From the NCBI GenBank assembly GCA_964411565.1, contig CAYPLB010000003.1, positions 29,953-93,952 of the forward strand: a stretch of DNA of 64,000 nucleotides. Reading direction: 5' to 3'. Positions within the stretch are counted from its first letter, which is position 1. Each line of letters opens with the position of its first letter. The translations under genes and the position numbers were made by a program. This document shows, piece by piece, positions 39,828 to 50,425 of this stretch. Source of the DNA: Candidatus Woesearchaeota archaeon. Lineage in GTDB: Archaea > Nanobdellota > Nanobdellia > SCGC-AAA011-G17 > GW2011-AR17. Below the pieces are notes generated by a model that made no database searches, had not been told where the DNA came from, and worked only from the letters and a program-made list of their open reading frames with translations.

Positions 39828-40532
39828 CTATAAAAACTCTGCTATTATAGAAGCTGCAGTTTTTGCTGTTAAATTGTTAATATCATTGTCAGGATTTAAT
39901 TCTACAATGTCTAAAGCCTTTAAATTATGTAATTTTTTTAACCTTTGAATATAATAAAATAATTCTCTAGTTGTAAAACCTCTTGGTTCTATATATGAAA
40001 CTCCTGGAGCAAAAGCAGGATCTAAAACATCTAAATCAATGGATAAATATAATGCTTCAAATTGTCTGAGAAATTCCATAATTGCATCACAACTAATATT
40101 TAAACTCATATAATTTTGAAATGGGATATATCTAATTCCTTTTTCTTTGTAGTAAGATAACTCTCTTGGATGGATTGCTCTTATTCCAATTACCATAATA
40201 TTTTCAGGTTTCAAAATATTTTCTTCAATTAAAAATTTTAAATAATCTTGATGTGAAGGAAAGTTAAATTGTTGAAATACATCAGGATGAGCATCAAAAA
40301 CAATGAAACCAGGATTTGAATATTTTTTTACAAAATTCTTTACAGTGTAATATGTAATAGTATGATCTCCACCTAAGTAAATTTTTGCATCTTCTATATT
40401 ATGAATATCACACTCTTTGATTTGTGGAACTTTAGGGTTTGACATTAAAGATTTTAGTTGTTCAATAATTAGGTCCGGTGATTTAGCACAAGCTTTATGT
40501 TCTCCATCTGTATAAGGTATCTTTACAATCAT
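39828..40532 (-). CDS. speB: agmatinase/arginase-family ureohydrolase
   Basis: GGDHTITY and SIDLDVLDPAFAPGV metal-binding motifs. Start placed at the internal Met; the listed ORF extends to 40589. Confidence 0.75.
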   Translation of the reverse strand: MIVKIPYTDGEHKACAKSPDLIIEQLKSLMSNPKVPQIKECDIHNIEDAKIYLGGDHTITYYTVKNFVKKYSNPGFIVFDAHPDVFQQFNFPSHQDYLKFLIEENILKPENIMVIGIRAIHPRELSYYKEKGIRYIPFQNYMSLNISCDAIMEFLRQFEALYLSIDLDVLDPAFAPGVSYIEPRGFTTRELFYYIQRLKKLHNLKALDIVELNPDNDINNLTAKTAASIIAEFL

Positions 40533-40563
40533 ATGTAAAAGAAAAAATAAGGGTTTTATAAAG

Positions 40564-41637
40564 TTATCTTGTGACCTTGAAAGACTCAACTTTTTCTAAT
40601 AATTCTTTAGCTTTCTTGTTTTTCAAAAAATGTTCTCTAACAGGGACTAAAAATTCATCAAGATATTTAGCAGCTGTTGCTTTTACATCCATTGGATGAA
40701 CTTTTTTAGCTACAAAATCTTTTTCAAGATCTTCGTAAGAGTTGTATTCTAAGTTTCCACCAAACTTTTCTGGCCTTTCAATTAAAATTTTGTCAACTTT
40801 TTCAAAGATAATATATCTGTAGTATTCTAATACAGGATTATTTTCAACTTCACCCTCAGGGCAATATGCTTTTTTGAATTTTTTATTAATTTCTTCAGTT
40901 GTATCTGTCATGAAAATTGCAGAACTAGGAATTGATTTTGACATTTTTTTTGCAATAGCTGCTTCAACTCCTGTTGCATTTGGATCTGCAGGTTTGTTTA
41001 ATCCCATTAACATGTGATGATGAATAGCAATAGGTTTTTTCTTTCCAATTTTTGGTGCAATTTCTCTAGCCAACATATTTACTTTTCTTTGATCCATACC
41101 AAGTTGAGCAATGTCAACACCTAAATGAAAAATGTCTGTTGCTTGCATACAAGGATAAAATATTTGAGCAGCTGAAAGTTTTTCAGAATCTGATCTACCC
41201 ATAATTTGTGCACATCTAGTAATTCTAGTTACAGAATTAATTCTACCAATTCTAATAACTTGTAACCAATATTCTTGGTTCATATGTTCTGATGCCCATA
41301 AAAATTCTACATTTTTCATATCTAAACCAGAGGCTTTCCAAACTTCAATAAAATATTCACCAACAGTTCTAATCTTTTCTAAATCACCATCCATTTTGTT
41401 GTTCATCAAAGCAAACCAGTCAGCAACCCAGAATTTAAATTTAACACCAGCTTTTGTTAATTTGTTAACATTAATTACTCTTAGAAGTCCTTGAGCTACA
41501 TGAATTCTTCCAGAAGGTTCAAACCCATCATAAGCAACAGGATTCTTCTTAGTTTTAAGAAGTTCTTTTAATTCTTCTTCGTTGATTATTTCTTCCCCTA
41601 CTTCTTTGATTAAATTAAATTTTTCTTCGACATTCAT
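40564..41637 (-). CDS. tyrS: tyrosyl-tRNA synthetase (archaeal type)
   Basis: Class I HIGH-like region AYDGFEPSGRIHVAQ and KMSKS motif; 357 aa. A tRNA-Tyr is also in the window. Confidence 0.75.
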   Translation of the reverse strand: MNVEEKFNLIKEVGEEIINEEELKELLKTKKNPVAYDGFEPSGRIHVAQGLLRVINVNKLTKAGVKFKFWVADWFALMNNKMDGDLEKIRTVGEYFIEVWKASGLDMKNVEFLWASEHMNQEYWLQVIRIGRINSVTRITRCAQIMGRSDSEKLSAAQIFYPCMQATDIFHLGVDIAQLGMDQRKVNMLAREIAPKIGKKKPIAIHHHMLMGLNKPADPNATGVEAAIAKKMSKSIPSSAIFMTDTTEEINKKFKKAYCPEGEVENNPVLEYYRYIIFEKVDKILIERPEKFGGNLEYNSYEDLEKDFVAKKVHPMDVKATAAKYLDEFLVPVREHFLKNKKAKELLEKVESFKVTR

Positions 41638-41702
41638 GTTATCTAGAAATTATCTTTAATTATATAAAAGTGTTGGTCTGAAATATTTAAAATTTAAAAA
41701 AA

Positions 41703-42098
41703 TTAAACAGAATAATTAATAATAATTCCTTGTTTTTCTAAAACTTTGAAAAAGTTTAATACATCTTCAGAAGTTCTCATACCAGGATTATTATGCCCAG
41801 ATGCATTATTATAGCCTGAAGTTAAAACCTCTGGACCATTATAAACTTGAGTTTTAAGAATTTCCATTACTTCGCTTGTAAGTTGAGGTAATTGAGGTTT
41901 CCTTCCTTTTATCCATTGGATTTTAAAGCCACCTTTAAATTTCTTAAAAATAATAATATTAAAATTCTGAACTGTTCCAGTAGCACTTGCTTTTTCAGTT
42001 ATTGTTACAGGTATTGAACCTATTTCATCTCCGTCTTGCAAACTATTTAATTTTTCTAAAAATTCTTTGTCATTTGTCATAGGTAAAATATATAACAA
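41703..42098 (-). CDS. hypothetical protein
   Basis: 131 aa; no family recognised. Confidence 0.3.
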   Translation of the reverse strand: MLYILPMTNDKEFLEKLNSLQDGDEIGSIPVTITEKASATGTVQNFNIIIFKKFKGGFKIQWIKGRKPQLPQLTSEVMEILKTQVYNGPEVLTSGYNNASGHNNPGMRTSEDVLNFFKVLEKQGIIINYSV

Positions 42099-42172
42099 AA
42101 CAAATTTATAAAATTATCTGTGTTAGTCTGAAATATTTTCAGAAATTCTTAAGTCCTAGTTATAAAGTTCAT

Positions 42173-42811
42173 TTGAGTAATAATCTTATGGAAGAAAAAG
42201 ATATTTTTAGACTTGCTTTATTCACAGTATTTATTGGAATTATTAGTTTATTTCTTATTTCAGAAGTTTTTAGTGACCAATTATTGTTAGAAGGACCATT
42301 TATTGTAACAAATGTTGTTGATGGTGATACTATTGATTTAGATAATGAGGAAAGGATAAGATTCTCAGGAATTAATACTCCAGAAAGTGGAGAATGCTAT
42401 TATGATGAAGCGAAAAAAGAATTAGCTAGTTTAGTCTTAGGAAAAGAAGTTTATTTAGAACCAGATATGACAGATACAGGAAAGTATGGAAGAAAATTAA
42501 GGTATGTTTATGTTGAAGATATTTTTGTTAATGGATATTTAGTTGAAAATGGTTTTGCTAAAGTTTATGATAAATATAATTCAAGTACAAAGAAGTATGA
42601 TGAATTGAAAGAATTAGAAAAAATGGCAATGGATAAAGGATTATGGAATTGTGTAGATCCTAAAGAAGGTTGTATGTTTGTTGCAAGTAAAAATTCAAAA
42701 ATTTATCATAAACCTGAATGTAAATGGGCAAAAAAAATAAAAGAAGAAAATTTAATCTGTTTTCATTCAGAAGAAGAAATTGTAGGATTTGAGCCAGCTA
42801 AGAGTTGTTAA
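42173..42811 (+). CDS. thermonuclease (staphylococcal nuclease-like) with N-terminal TM anchor
   Basis: VVDGDTIDLDNEERIRFSGINTPE...GRKLRYVYV SNase catalytic signature. Confidence 0.8.
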   Translation: MSNNLMEEKDIFRLALFTVFIGIISLFLISEVFSDQLLLEGPFIVTNVVDGDTIDLDNEERIRFSGINTPESGECYYDEAKKELASLVLGKEVYLEPDMTDTGKYGRKLRYVYVEDIFVNGYLVENGFAKVYDKYNSSTKKYDELKELEKMAMDKGLWNCVDPKEGCMFVASKNSKIYHKPECKWAKKIKEENLICFHSEEEIVGFEPAKSC

Positions 42812-43635
42812 TAATTTTCAAATAAATCTATAATATTTTCTGCATGATATCCATCATTATTTAATTTTTCAAAAAGAATATTGTAATTTACAGGAGTTTC
42901 TTGATAATCATAAACATGAAAAACAATACCTACAAATTCGTTATCATCTGCAGTCTCTAAAGCTTCATATAATTCTTCAAAAGATACGGCAACATTCCCT
43001 TCATTACCATAAAGTGCAAAAGAAATTTGTAATGGATTTGCATTTTCAAATTCTACTCCAGTAGGGATACTAATTAAGTCTTCAACTCCTTCAGAACCTC
43101 CATTAGTAGCATAAGGAATCTCAGAAGGATAATCAAAAAAATCTTGATCACCAACACAAGCAAAAAGAATCTCTTCTGAAGCAGGAAGTTGTTTCATTAA
43201 ATCCATCATTTCATCAATTGATCCAATGTATTTATCACTAATCATAAATTCTTCTTGATAAGTGTAACCATTCCAATGGTTTTGATGTGGACCATGATGA
43301 TGTAAACCAATACCATGTCCATTAGCTTCCCAAGATCTTAACAAATCTAATCTTGCATTATCTTCTAAAATATAAGTTGCCCATTGAGGATTCATTTCTA
43401 AACTTAATTTCTGGTTATATTGGTCAGCTAGTTCAACTAAAGAAATTAATGAAGACCAATATTCTTCAGGGTAGTCTGTAGTTTGAGGATTTCCACCAGG
43501 TTCATGATGAATAGCAATGTAAAAATTAATATCTTTATCTAATACTATGTCTCCAGGAATCAAATTATTATTATTTTCACAAGAACAAGAAGTAATAAAT
43601 ATTAAAATACAAAGTAAGATAAATAATTTTTTCAT
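42808..43635 (-). CDS. hypothetical secreted lipoprotein (His-rich)
   Basis: Signal peptide with lipobox ITSC and His clusters (HHEPGG, HHHGPHQNH). Confidence 0.4.
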   Translation of the reverse strand: MKKLFILLCILIFITSCSCENNNNLIPGDIVLDKDINFYIAIHHEPGGNPQTTDYPEEYWSSLISLVELADQYNQKLSLEMNPQWATYILEDNARLDLLRSWEANGHGIGLHHHGPHQNHWNGYTYQEEFMISDKYIGSIDEMMDLMKQLPASEEILFACVGDQDFFDYPSEIPYATNGGSEGVEDLISIPTGVEFENANPLQISFALYGNEGNVAVSFEELYEALETADDNEFVGIVFHVYDYQETPVNYNILFEKLNNDGYHAENIIDLFENY

Positions 43636-43656
43636 AAAAGTTTTGTGTTTTGCAAG

Positions 43657-44223
43657 TTAATAAATATTCCTTCTAGGCATTTTTTTAATTGGAGATTTTT
43701 CAAACTTGATAATATGTTCTTGTTGATTAATACCCATAAAATCTAAATCTTCCAAAAACTTAGAGAAAATTTCAACTGTTGCAAGTACATCAGTCATTGC
43801 TCTGTGTTCTTGTTTGTTTACAATTCCAAGATGATTACAAATAATAGAAAGTTTTTTGCTTGGTAATTCTGGAAGGAGTCTATTTGCTAACTTTCTTGTA
43901 CAAAGTCTTTTGTTTTCAAAGTTTAAACCTAGTCTTTCAGCATTTTTTGACAAAAAACCATGGTCAAAAGTTGCATTATGAGCGACAACAATCGAATCTC
44001 CTACAAAGTTTAAAAAATGAGGCATGATCTTATCAATAGTTGGAGCATTGCTAACCATTTCGTTAGTAATTCCAGTTAATTTAACAATAAAAGAAGGGAT
44101 TGGGGTTTGTGGGTTAACTAAAGTTTCGAATTGATCTACAATTTTATTATTCTCAAATTTAACAGCAGCTATCTCTGTGATTCTATGATAATGTTTAGAT
44201 AAACCTGTTGTTTCAATATCCAA
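43657..44223 (-). CDS. DnaQ-like 3'-5' exonuclease (DEDDh)
   Basis: Exo I MDIETTGL, Exo II VAHNATFDHGFL and Exo III EHRAMTDVLA. Confidence 0.8.
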   Translation of the reverse strand: MDIETTGLSKHYHRITEIAAVKFENNKIVDQFETLVNPQTPIPSFIVKLTGITNEMVSNAPTIDKIMPHFLNFVGDSIVVAHNATFDHGFLSKNAERLGLNFENKRLCTRKLANRLLPELPSKKLSIICNHLGIVNKQEHRAMTDVLATVEIFSKFLEDLDFMGINQQEHIIKFEKSPIKKMPRRNIY

Positions 44224-44381
44224 AATAATGTATGAACTAATAGTATCACCCCTTTTTTAATTTTGAATAGGAAAGGATTAATAAATATTTGGATAGTTTT
44301 TTGAAAATAATTAATCAAAGATGAAAAATTTTCAGTTTTTTTTAGATCCTAGTTATAAAGTTTATTTGTAAGTTTAGTTTT

Positions 44382-45566
44382 ATGTTTTTTGAAATTTTAT
44401 TAATTGTAGGAATTGGAATTTGTTTAGGAATAATAACAGGATTAATTCCAGGAATACATGTTAATCTTATTTCTGTGATAATTCTTAGTTTGTCAGTATT
44501 TCTTTTAAAATATTTTAGTGCATTAGATGTTTGTATTATAATTATTTCAATGGCAATAACTCATTCTTTTTTAGACACTATTCCTTCAGTATTTTTAGGA
44601 GTCCCTGAAGAAGATACAGCTCTTTCTATTTTACCTGGGCATAGATTATTATTAGAAGGAAGAGGATTTGAAGCTGTAATGTTAACAGTAGTTGGTTCTC
44701 TAGGTGGTTTATTAGTAGGATTTATGTTTATACCTTTACTTCTGAAATTAGTTAGTATAATTTACCCTTTGATTAAAGATTATATAGGTTGGATTTTGTT
44801 AACTGTAAGTATTTTTATGATTTTGAGAGAAAAAAACAAATTATGGGCCTTAGTAATATTTATCTTATCAGGAGTTTTAGGATTAATTGTATTAAATTCA
44901 ACAGTAGATGAAGTTTTGTTTCCATTATTTTCTGGATTGTTTGGAGTTAGTATGTTGTTAATGAGTTTACAAGATAATGTTAGTATACCTAAACAAAAAG
45001 TTACAAGTATAATTGCAAAAGGAAAATATAAAGCAATAGGATGTTCTGTTATTGTTGGTTGGTTTGCAAGTTTCTTGCCAGGATTAGGACCAGCACAAGC
45101 AGCAGTTATAGGATCTCAATTCGTAAAGTTAACAGAAAAAGGATTTATGATTTTAATTGGAGGATTGTCAACAGTAAATATGTTATTATCTTTAGTAACA
45201 TTTTATGTTTTAGATAAAGCAAGAAATGGAGCTGTTGTAACTGTCTCTAAAATTATTGAGATTAGTTTTTATGAATTTTTAATATTTATTACAGTAGCTT
45301 TAATTGTAGGAGGAGTTGCAAGTATTTTAGCAATAAAGTTAACAAAAGTTTTTTCAAAGTTAATTAGTAAAGTTAATTACAAAAAATTGTGTATAAGTAT
45401 AATTTTACTGATTTGTGTATTAGTTGGAATAATTACTGGTTGGGTTGGGTTGATTATCTTAGTTGTAAGTACAGCTTTAGGAATAGTTCCTGCAATAAAA
45501 AATGTATCTAGAAGTCATATGATGGGATGTTTATTAATTCCAGTAATGAGTTATTTTTTATTATAA
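44382..45566 (+). CDS. TctA/DUF112-like polytopic membrane transporter
   Basis: GLIPGIHVN and LPGLGPAQAAVIG resemble the duplicated TctA signature; 394 aa. Confidence 0.4.
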   Translation: MFFEILLIVGIGICLGIITGLIPGIHVNLISVIILSLSVFLLKYFSALDVCIIIISMAITHSFLDTIPSVFLGVPEEDTALSILPGHRLLLEGRGFEAVMLTVVGSLGGLLVGFMFIPLLLKLVSIIYPLIKDYIGWILLTVSIFMILREKNKLWALVIFILSGVLGLIVLNSTVDEVLFPLFSGLFGVSMLLMSLQDNVSIPKQKVTSIIAKGKYKAIGCSVIVGWFASFLPGLGPAQAAVIGSQFVKLTEKGFMILIGGLSTVNMLLSLVTFYVLDKARNGAVVTVSKIIEISFYEFLIFITVALIVGGVASILAIKLTKVFSKLISKVNYKKLCISIILLICVLVGIITGWVGLIILVVSTALGIVPAIKNVSRSHMMGCLLIPVMSYFLL

Positions 45567-45803
45567 AAAAAGAAATAAAAAGATTAGTCTTCGTCTATAT
45601 CTTCCATCTCAGAATAATCTTCTTCGTAGTTGTCGTCATAATCTCCGTCGGACCAATCTTCGTCTGCTCTCAAAAATAAATCTTTATCTAATAAATTCCT
45701 CATTTTTTATCACCTTTTTGTCGAAGAATAGTCTAACTTATTTATATATTTTTGCTTGTCAAAAAAAGAATAATTTATTAACCCAATTGATTTAATTTTT
45801 AGA

Positions 45804-46076
45804 ATGAAAGAAAAAATTCTAATTGTTATATTATTAATTTCGATAGGATTAAATGTGTTCTTTTTAGTGAATTCAGCTATTACAGGACAAACTGTGGTAG
45901 AAGTTGAAGAACAAACAGATTTTAATGTTTATACAGAGGCTGTTTGTGAAGAAAATGAAAATATAGAATGTCATGATGAAGTATTTGTTGCTTGTAATGG
46001 TGTTGAAACAAAATTAGGAAATATAGTAGGAAATAATCCTGAGTTTGAATTAGATTGGGAAGATCCAAGAGAGTAA
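45804..46076 (+). CDS. small secreted Cys-containing protein
   Basis: Signal peptide plus a 60-aa acidic domain with 4 Cys. Confidence 0.3.
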   Translation: MKEKILIVILLISIGLNVFFLVNSAITGQTVVEVEEQTDFNVYTEAVCEENENIECHDEVFVACNGVETKLGNIVGNNPEFELDWEDPRE

Positions 46077-46109
46077 GTTTTATAAATTAAATGTAGTACT
46101 ATAATAATT

Positions 46110-46679
46110 ATGTTAGATAATTGGTTTTCAAAAAAGGTTAAAAAAGTTGAAGAAAAAGTTCTTGATCCTTCTGTTAGAGAATTTGAAGAAATAGGAAAAG
46201 GTTTTAACCATCTTACAGATAATTTTCTAAAAAGGATATTAACAGAGGAATGGAAAGATGTTTCAGGAAAAAAAGTAAAAAGTATTATGGAGAAAGCAAC
46301 CGTAGTAAAAGAAAGTACTTCTATGAAGATAGTAATTAATAAGTTAAAGAGAGTGGAAGATACATTAATTGTTATAGATAACAATGGAAAATTATTAGGT
46401 ACTATAGAAGAATCAGATATTATTCAATTACTTATTCCTCAAGATAGAGTTACAGATTTAATTGGTGTTATGGGGAGCTATTATAATAAAACATACTTTG
46501 CAAAAAAAGCTGGTGAAATTATGAAAAAAAATATTTATTTTGTTACACCAGAAACAGCAATTGAAAAAGCAGCATATCTTATGTATAAGAATAAATTAAT
46601 TACTATTCCTGTTATTAAAAAAGATAAAATTGTTGGTGTTGTACATCAAAGAGATCTAATTAAAAAAATAAAGAGGTAA
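46110..46679 (+). CDS. CBS-domain pair protein
   Basis: Two CBS-like segments (...LIVIDNNGKLLGTIEESDI... and ...ITIPVIKKDKIVGVVHQRDL...). Confidence 0.65.
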   Translation: MLDNWFSKKVKKVEEKVLDPSVREFEEIGKGFNHLTDNFLKRILTEEWKDVSGKKVKSIMEKATVVKESTSMKIVINKLKRVEDTLIVIDNNGKLLGTIEESDIIQLLIPQDRVTDLIGVMGSYYNKTYFAKKAGEIMKKNIYFVTPETAIEKAAYLMYKNKLITIPVIKKDKIVGVVHQRDLIKKIKR

Positions 46680-46680
46680 A

Positions 46681-47883
46681 ATGAGTGGAGAAGTAGCTAT
46701 AAGTAATGTATTATTATCTTTGTTTGCAGTTTTAGCTAGTTCTTTAATTCTTGGTGAAATATTTGAACGTTTAGGTTTAGATGCAGTTATTGGATATATT
46801 ATTGCAGGTTTATTATTAGGACCATCTGTTTTAGGTTGGGTTTCTCCACATGCAATGGAAGAATTTGCAATTATTGGAGCAGTGTTAAATTTATTTTTAG
46901 CAGGATTAAAAGAAGAAGATTAATCTGCATTGTATAAAAATAAAACAGCAATGATGATGGGACTTGGTTTACTTGTTTTTGGTTTTGTAATTATCTTTGG
47001 AGTTTTAAGTACACCATTAATGAGTCTTGTTGCAGGAAAATCTTATACATTTGTACAAATAGCTTTCTTAGCTTTAGCTTATGCAGTTGTAGATTTAGGT
47101 GTTCCAGCAAAAATGTTAATGTCAAAAAGATTGTTGAATACAGAGTTTGGACAAATGGTTTTGAATGGAGCAGTTATTAATGTAATTGCAGGATTAAGTT
47201 TGTTAACATTATTTACATTATTCTTTACACCTGAACTAGGTGCAATAGCTAGTAAGTTTATTGGAGTTATTGCTTTTATGGCTTTGTTTATGGGTTTATT
47301 TTGGATAGTTTCAAGATTTGGAAAGTATATGATTTTGTTAGAATCAGAAGAAGCACAGTTTACTTTGACAATGGCTTTAGTATTATTAATGGCTTTCTTA
47401 ACTGAGAGTTTAGGATTCTCAAATATTCTAGGAGCTTTCTTAGCAGGAATTATTATCTCAAGATCAACATTCTCTGGAACAAGAAGTTTTGTAGATAGAT
47501 TTAAAGCAGTATCAATGGGATTATTTGTACCATTATTCTTTGCATGGTTTGGTTTAGAATTAGTATTAAGTGGTGAGGCAGGAATTATTGCTAATATTAT
47601 TCCAGCTTTGATATTCTTTGGATTGTCTTGTGTGTTAAAATTTAGTTATACATATGTATATAGTAAGATAAAGAAAATACCAGCTCCAGGTTTAGTTTCT
47701 TCTTCAATGTTGAGTTTAGATGTAGAAACTTTAATTATTTTAATCCTAGCAATTGAAATCGGAGTCTTTGAAGGAACAGAAATGTTGTCTATATTTGCAC
47801 CTTCTGTTTTATTGACTACAATATTAGTAGCTGTTCTTGTAAAAGTGTTTATGAAATTAGAAGCTAAAGATATAAAAGTTTAA
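46681..47883 (+). CDS. CPA2-family cation:proton antiporter (Kef/NapA-like), interrupted by an in-frame TAA at 46921-46923 (split gene, pseudogene or error)
   Basis: The first 80 aa (…GYIIAGLLLGPSVLGW…) are the antiporter N-terminus. The frame reopens two codons later (TTG 46930) and continues with typical CPA2 membrane-domain sequence; both parts share one frame. Confidence 0.65.
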
Positions 47884-48218
47884 AGTAATCTTTCAATTTC
47901 TCTAATCAATCTCTGTTCTTTTAAATCAATTTCATCAATCTCTGCTTCATCTTCACCTTGACTAGAAATAATATTTTGTTCTATAATTTTTAATTCAGCT
48001 CTTATTTGTGTAGGATTGAAAGGTTTTTGTCTCTTTAAAGTTTTAAGTCTTTTTTGACTATCTGAAACTCTACCTAATTCTCTTGAAAGAAAACTTTTCT
48101 TAGTTGTAGCTAATTCTATGAAAGTAATAATTTTTTCTTTTATTATTTCTTCTTTAGTTTTTATTTTTTGAGAATCTTCATCTTTTTTTATAAATTTTTT
48201 TAATAAGTTTCTTACCAT
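47880..48218 (-). CDS. hypothetical charged helical protein
   Basis: 112 aa; K/E-rich. Confidence 0.3.
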   Translation of the reverse strand: MVRNLLKKFIKKDEDSQKIKTKEEIIKEKIITFIELATTKKSFLSRELGRVSDSQKRLKTLKRQKPFNPTQIRAELKIIEQNIISSQGEDEAEIDEIDLKEQRLIREIERLL

Positions 48219-48271
48219 TAGTGATATATTAGAAGAAAAACTTTATAAATGTTTTTAGGTATTAGAAAGCT

Positions 48272-48706
48272 ATGGCAACAGAAGTAAGTTCTTTATTGAT
48301 ATTACCAGCTTTAGCTATGGGTATAGTAATAGGTATAATAGAAATGTTTTTTCTACATGGAGATGAAGCATTTTCAGGATCACATTGGTTAAAACATGGT
48401 TTGACACATATCTTCCCAGTTTTAATTATAGCTTTACTAATTTCTATGAATGTAGATTTTTTTATAGCCCAATTTGGTGGATCTCTACCAGCAATATTAA
48501 CTAATCCATATATTTTGAGAGGTGCAATAGCATTAGTAGTAACAATAAAAGTATATTCAGGATCAGCAGTTGTAGCTGGAGGTAGAGGTAAAGGTATGCA
48601 TGAAAGTGTTATCCATTGTTTAATTATTGGTGGATTAGTAGCAGTTGCTCCTTATATTTGGCCTTTTATAGCACCATTTATGCCAACATGGTTAGGTGGA
48701 AGTTAA
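48272..48706 (+). CDS. hypothetical membrane protein
   Basis: 144 aa; about 4 TM helices. Confidence 0.3.
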   Translation: MATEVSSLLILPALAMGIVIGIIEMFFLHGDEAFSGSHWLKHGLTHIFPVLIIALLISMNVDFFIAQFGGSLPAILTNPYILRGAIALVVTIKVYSGSAVVAGGRGKGMHESVIHCLIIGGLVAVAPYIWPFIAPFMPTWLGGS

Positions 48707-48766
48707 TTCTTTTTTTATTTTTAATACATAATTATTATAAAGTGATGAAAAAAGTTTTTTATAAAA

Positions 48767-49417
48767 ATGGTATTTCATTTAGAAGATATAAGAGATCATC
48801 CTCAATTAGTAAGAGAATGGGAATTTGATAAGGATAAAGGTTTATTTTATCCGAGATTTGGTGGAATGAAAATGTATGCAGTCTGTAATGAACAAGGTAG
48901 GGCTATTTTTGATAGACCTATAAGACAACAAAAAAATAGTGGTGTAGTTATTGTACCATATTCAAAAAGTAAGGATTCTATTCAAGTAGGATTAATAAAA
49001 CAATATAGATGGGAACAAGGAAAAGATATATGGCTTTTTCCAATGGGACTTAAAGAAGAAGGTGAAAGTTATGAAGATGCATGTTTAAGAGAAATGGGAG
49101 AAGAATCAGGATTAAAATCTAAAAATCTACCAGAATATTTAGGTGAAGGTGTTCCAAATGTATCTTGGGATCTTACAATAGATAAATTCTATGCTGTAAA
49201 TGTAGAAGAAATAGTAAATAGTGAAGAAGAATTTGGAGAAGAAAGTGAGAGAGTTAGAGCAGTAAGAGGATATAATTTTAGTCAATTACAAGATATGCAA
49301 AGAGATGGACAATTATATGATGGTTTATTTAAAGCTGGTTTAACAGAATTTATCCTAAAACATCCGAATTTGTTTATAGATAATTTTATAAATTCAGATT
49401 TTTTAATTTTTTTATGA
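48767..49417 (+). CDS. NUDIX hydrolase
   Basis: Nudix box GLKEEGESYEDACLREMGEESGL fits Gx5Ex7REUxEExGU. Ends with TGA overlapping the next start (ATGA). Confidence 0.75.
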   Translation: MVFHLEDIRDHPQLVREWEFDKDKGLFYPRFGGMKMYAVCNEQGRAIFDRPIRQQKNSGVVIVPYSKSKDSIQVGLIKQYRWEQGKDIWLFPMGLKEEGESYEDACLREMGEESGLKSKNLPEYLGEGVPNVSWDLTIDKFYAVNVEEIVNSEEEFGEESERVRAVRGYNFSQLQDMQRDGQLYDGLFKAGLTEFILKHPNLFIDNFINSDFLIFL

Positions 49418-49728
49418 TATTAGATAAATTAGTTCCACAAGCACATTATTGGTATAAAAACAAAATGTCAGAAATATGGATCCCTATTTCTATGAGAGAA
49501 ACTTTTAGATATAATAAAGTAGAGACTTGTGTATCTCTTGTATTAGGTATAGGATATGGTTTAGCAAATTATTTAGGAATTGCAGAGATTGATGATCTTA
49601 CAAGTCAAGTTACATATTTAACAACAACAAACACTATTGTAGCAAAGCTTGTTTTTAAAGCAGCACACCAAACAGGTGAAAAAGCAAGAGAAAGAAAATT
49701 AGAGAATGTTTTAAGAAAAATTAGATAA
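49414..49728 (+). CDS. hypothetical protein
   Basis: 104 aa; no family recognised. Confidence 0.3.
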   Translation: MILDKLVPQAHYWYKNKMSEIWIPISMRETFRYNKVETCVSLVLGIGYGLANYLGIAEIDDLTSQVTYLTTTNTIVAKLVFKAAHQTGEKARERKLENVLRKIR

Positions 49729-49767
49729 ATTTTTTATTAATTTTAAAATAAATATTAAATTAAACAC

Positions 49768-49783
49768 ATTAGCGGTAAAACGC
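49768..49783 (+). promoter_or_regulatory. conserved motif ATTAGCGGTAAAACGC just 5' of a TATA-like box
   Basis: A near-identical copy (ATTAGCGGTATAACGC) lies at 57689-57704 in the same position relative to a TATA box and a plus-strand gene. Confidence 0.4.
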
Positions 49784-49858
49784 TTTTTAGTATAATTTAG
49801 TTAAAATATGTGATAGAAGAGAAAAAAGTTTTTATAATCAAAGAAAAAATTTATTGGA

Positions 49859-50425
49859 ATGTTAGTAAGAAATTACTCTACCTTAGATAGTTTTTTTTAT
49901 GAAGAAATTCCGAGATGTCTTTCTAGAAGAGATGTAAAAGTATCTGAGCATACAGAGTGGTATTTGACTCATTTGTTAAGTAATTGTAAAAGTCATTTAT
50001 TATCTGATGAAGATGGGTTTGAGTCAGTTACATTATTACAAGAAAAAAGTTATGAAAATCCAAGTTTAACAAAAAGAATAGGTGATCAGTGCTTAATTTG
50101 GGTAGGTTTATTTTATGATTATATTGAAAGAATAGGAAAGGGACAATTAGATTATCATTGTTCAGTTGGTAGTATATCTTATGATACTTTTGCTAATCTT
50201 GCTAGACAAGGGGGAGATATTTTAAAAGATACATATCTAGAACTAGCAAATAAATTTATAGAAATTGCAGAAGCATTAAGATTAATTGAAACACAAAAAG
50301 AATTGAAACCTAAACAACTAGTTGATACTATTGAAAGATACAAAAAAGAAAGAAGAATAAAAGATTTATTATTATTACAAGCAAATGGAATATATCCTGA
50401 ATATACAATAAATGTATTGGCTTAG
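49859..50425 (+). CDS. hypothetical protein
   Basis: 188 aa; no family recognised. Confidence 0.3.
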   Translation: MLVRNYSTLDSFFYEEIPRCLSRRDVKVSEHTEWYLTHLLSNCKSHLLSDEDGFESVTLLQEKSYENPSLTKRIGDQCLIWVGLFYDYIERIGKGQLDYHCSVGSISYDTFANLARQGGDILKDTYLELANKFIEIAEALRLIETQKELKPKQLVDTIERYKKERRIKDLLLLQANGIYPEYTINVLA

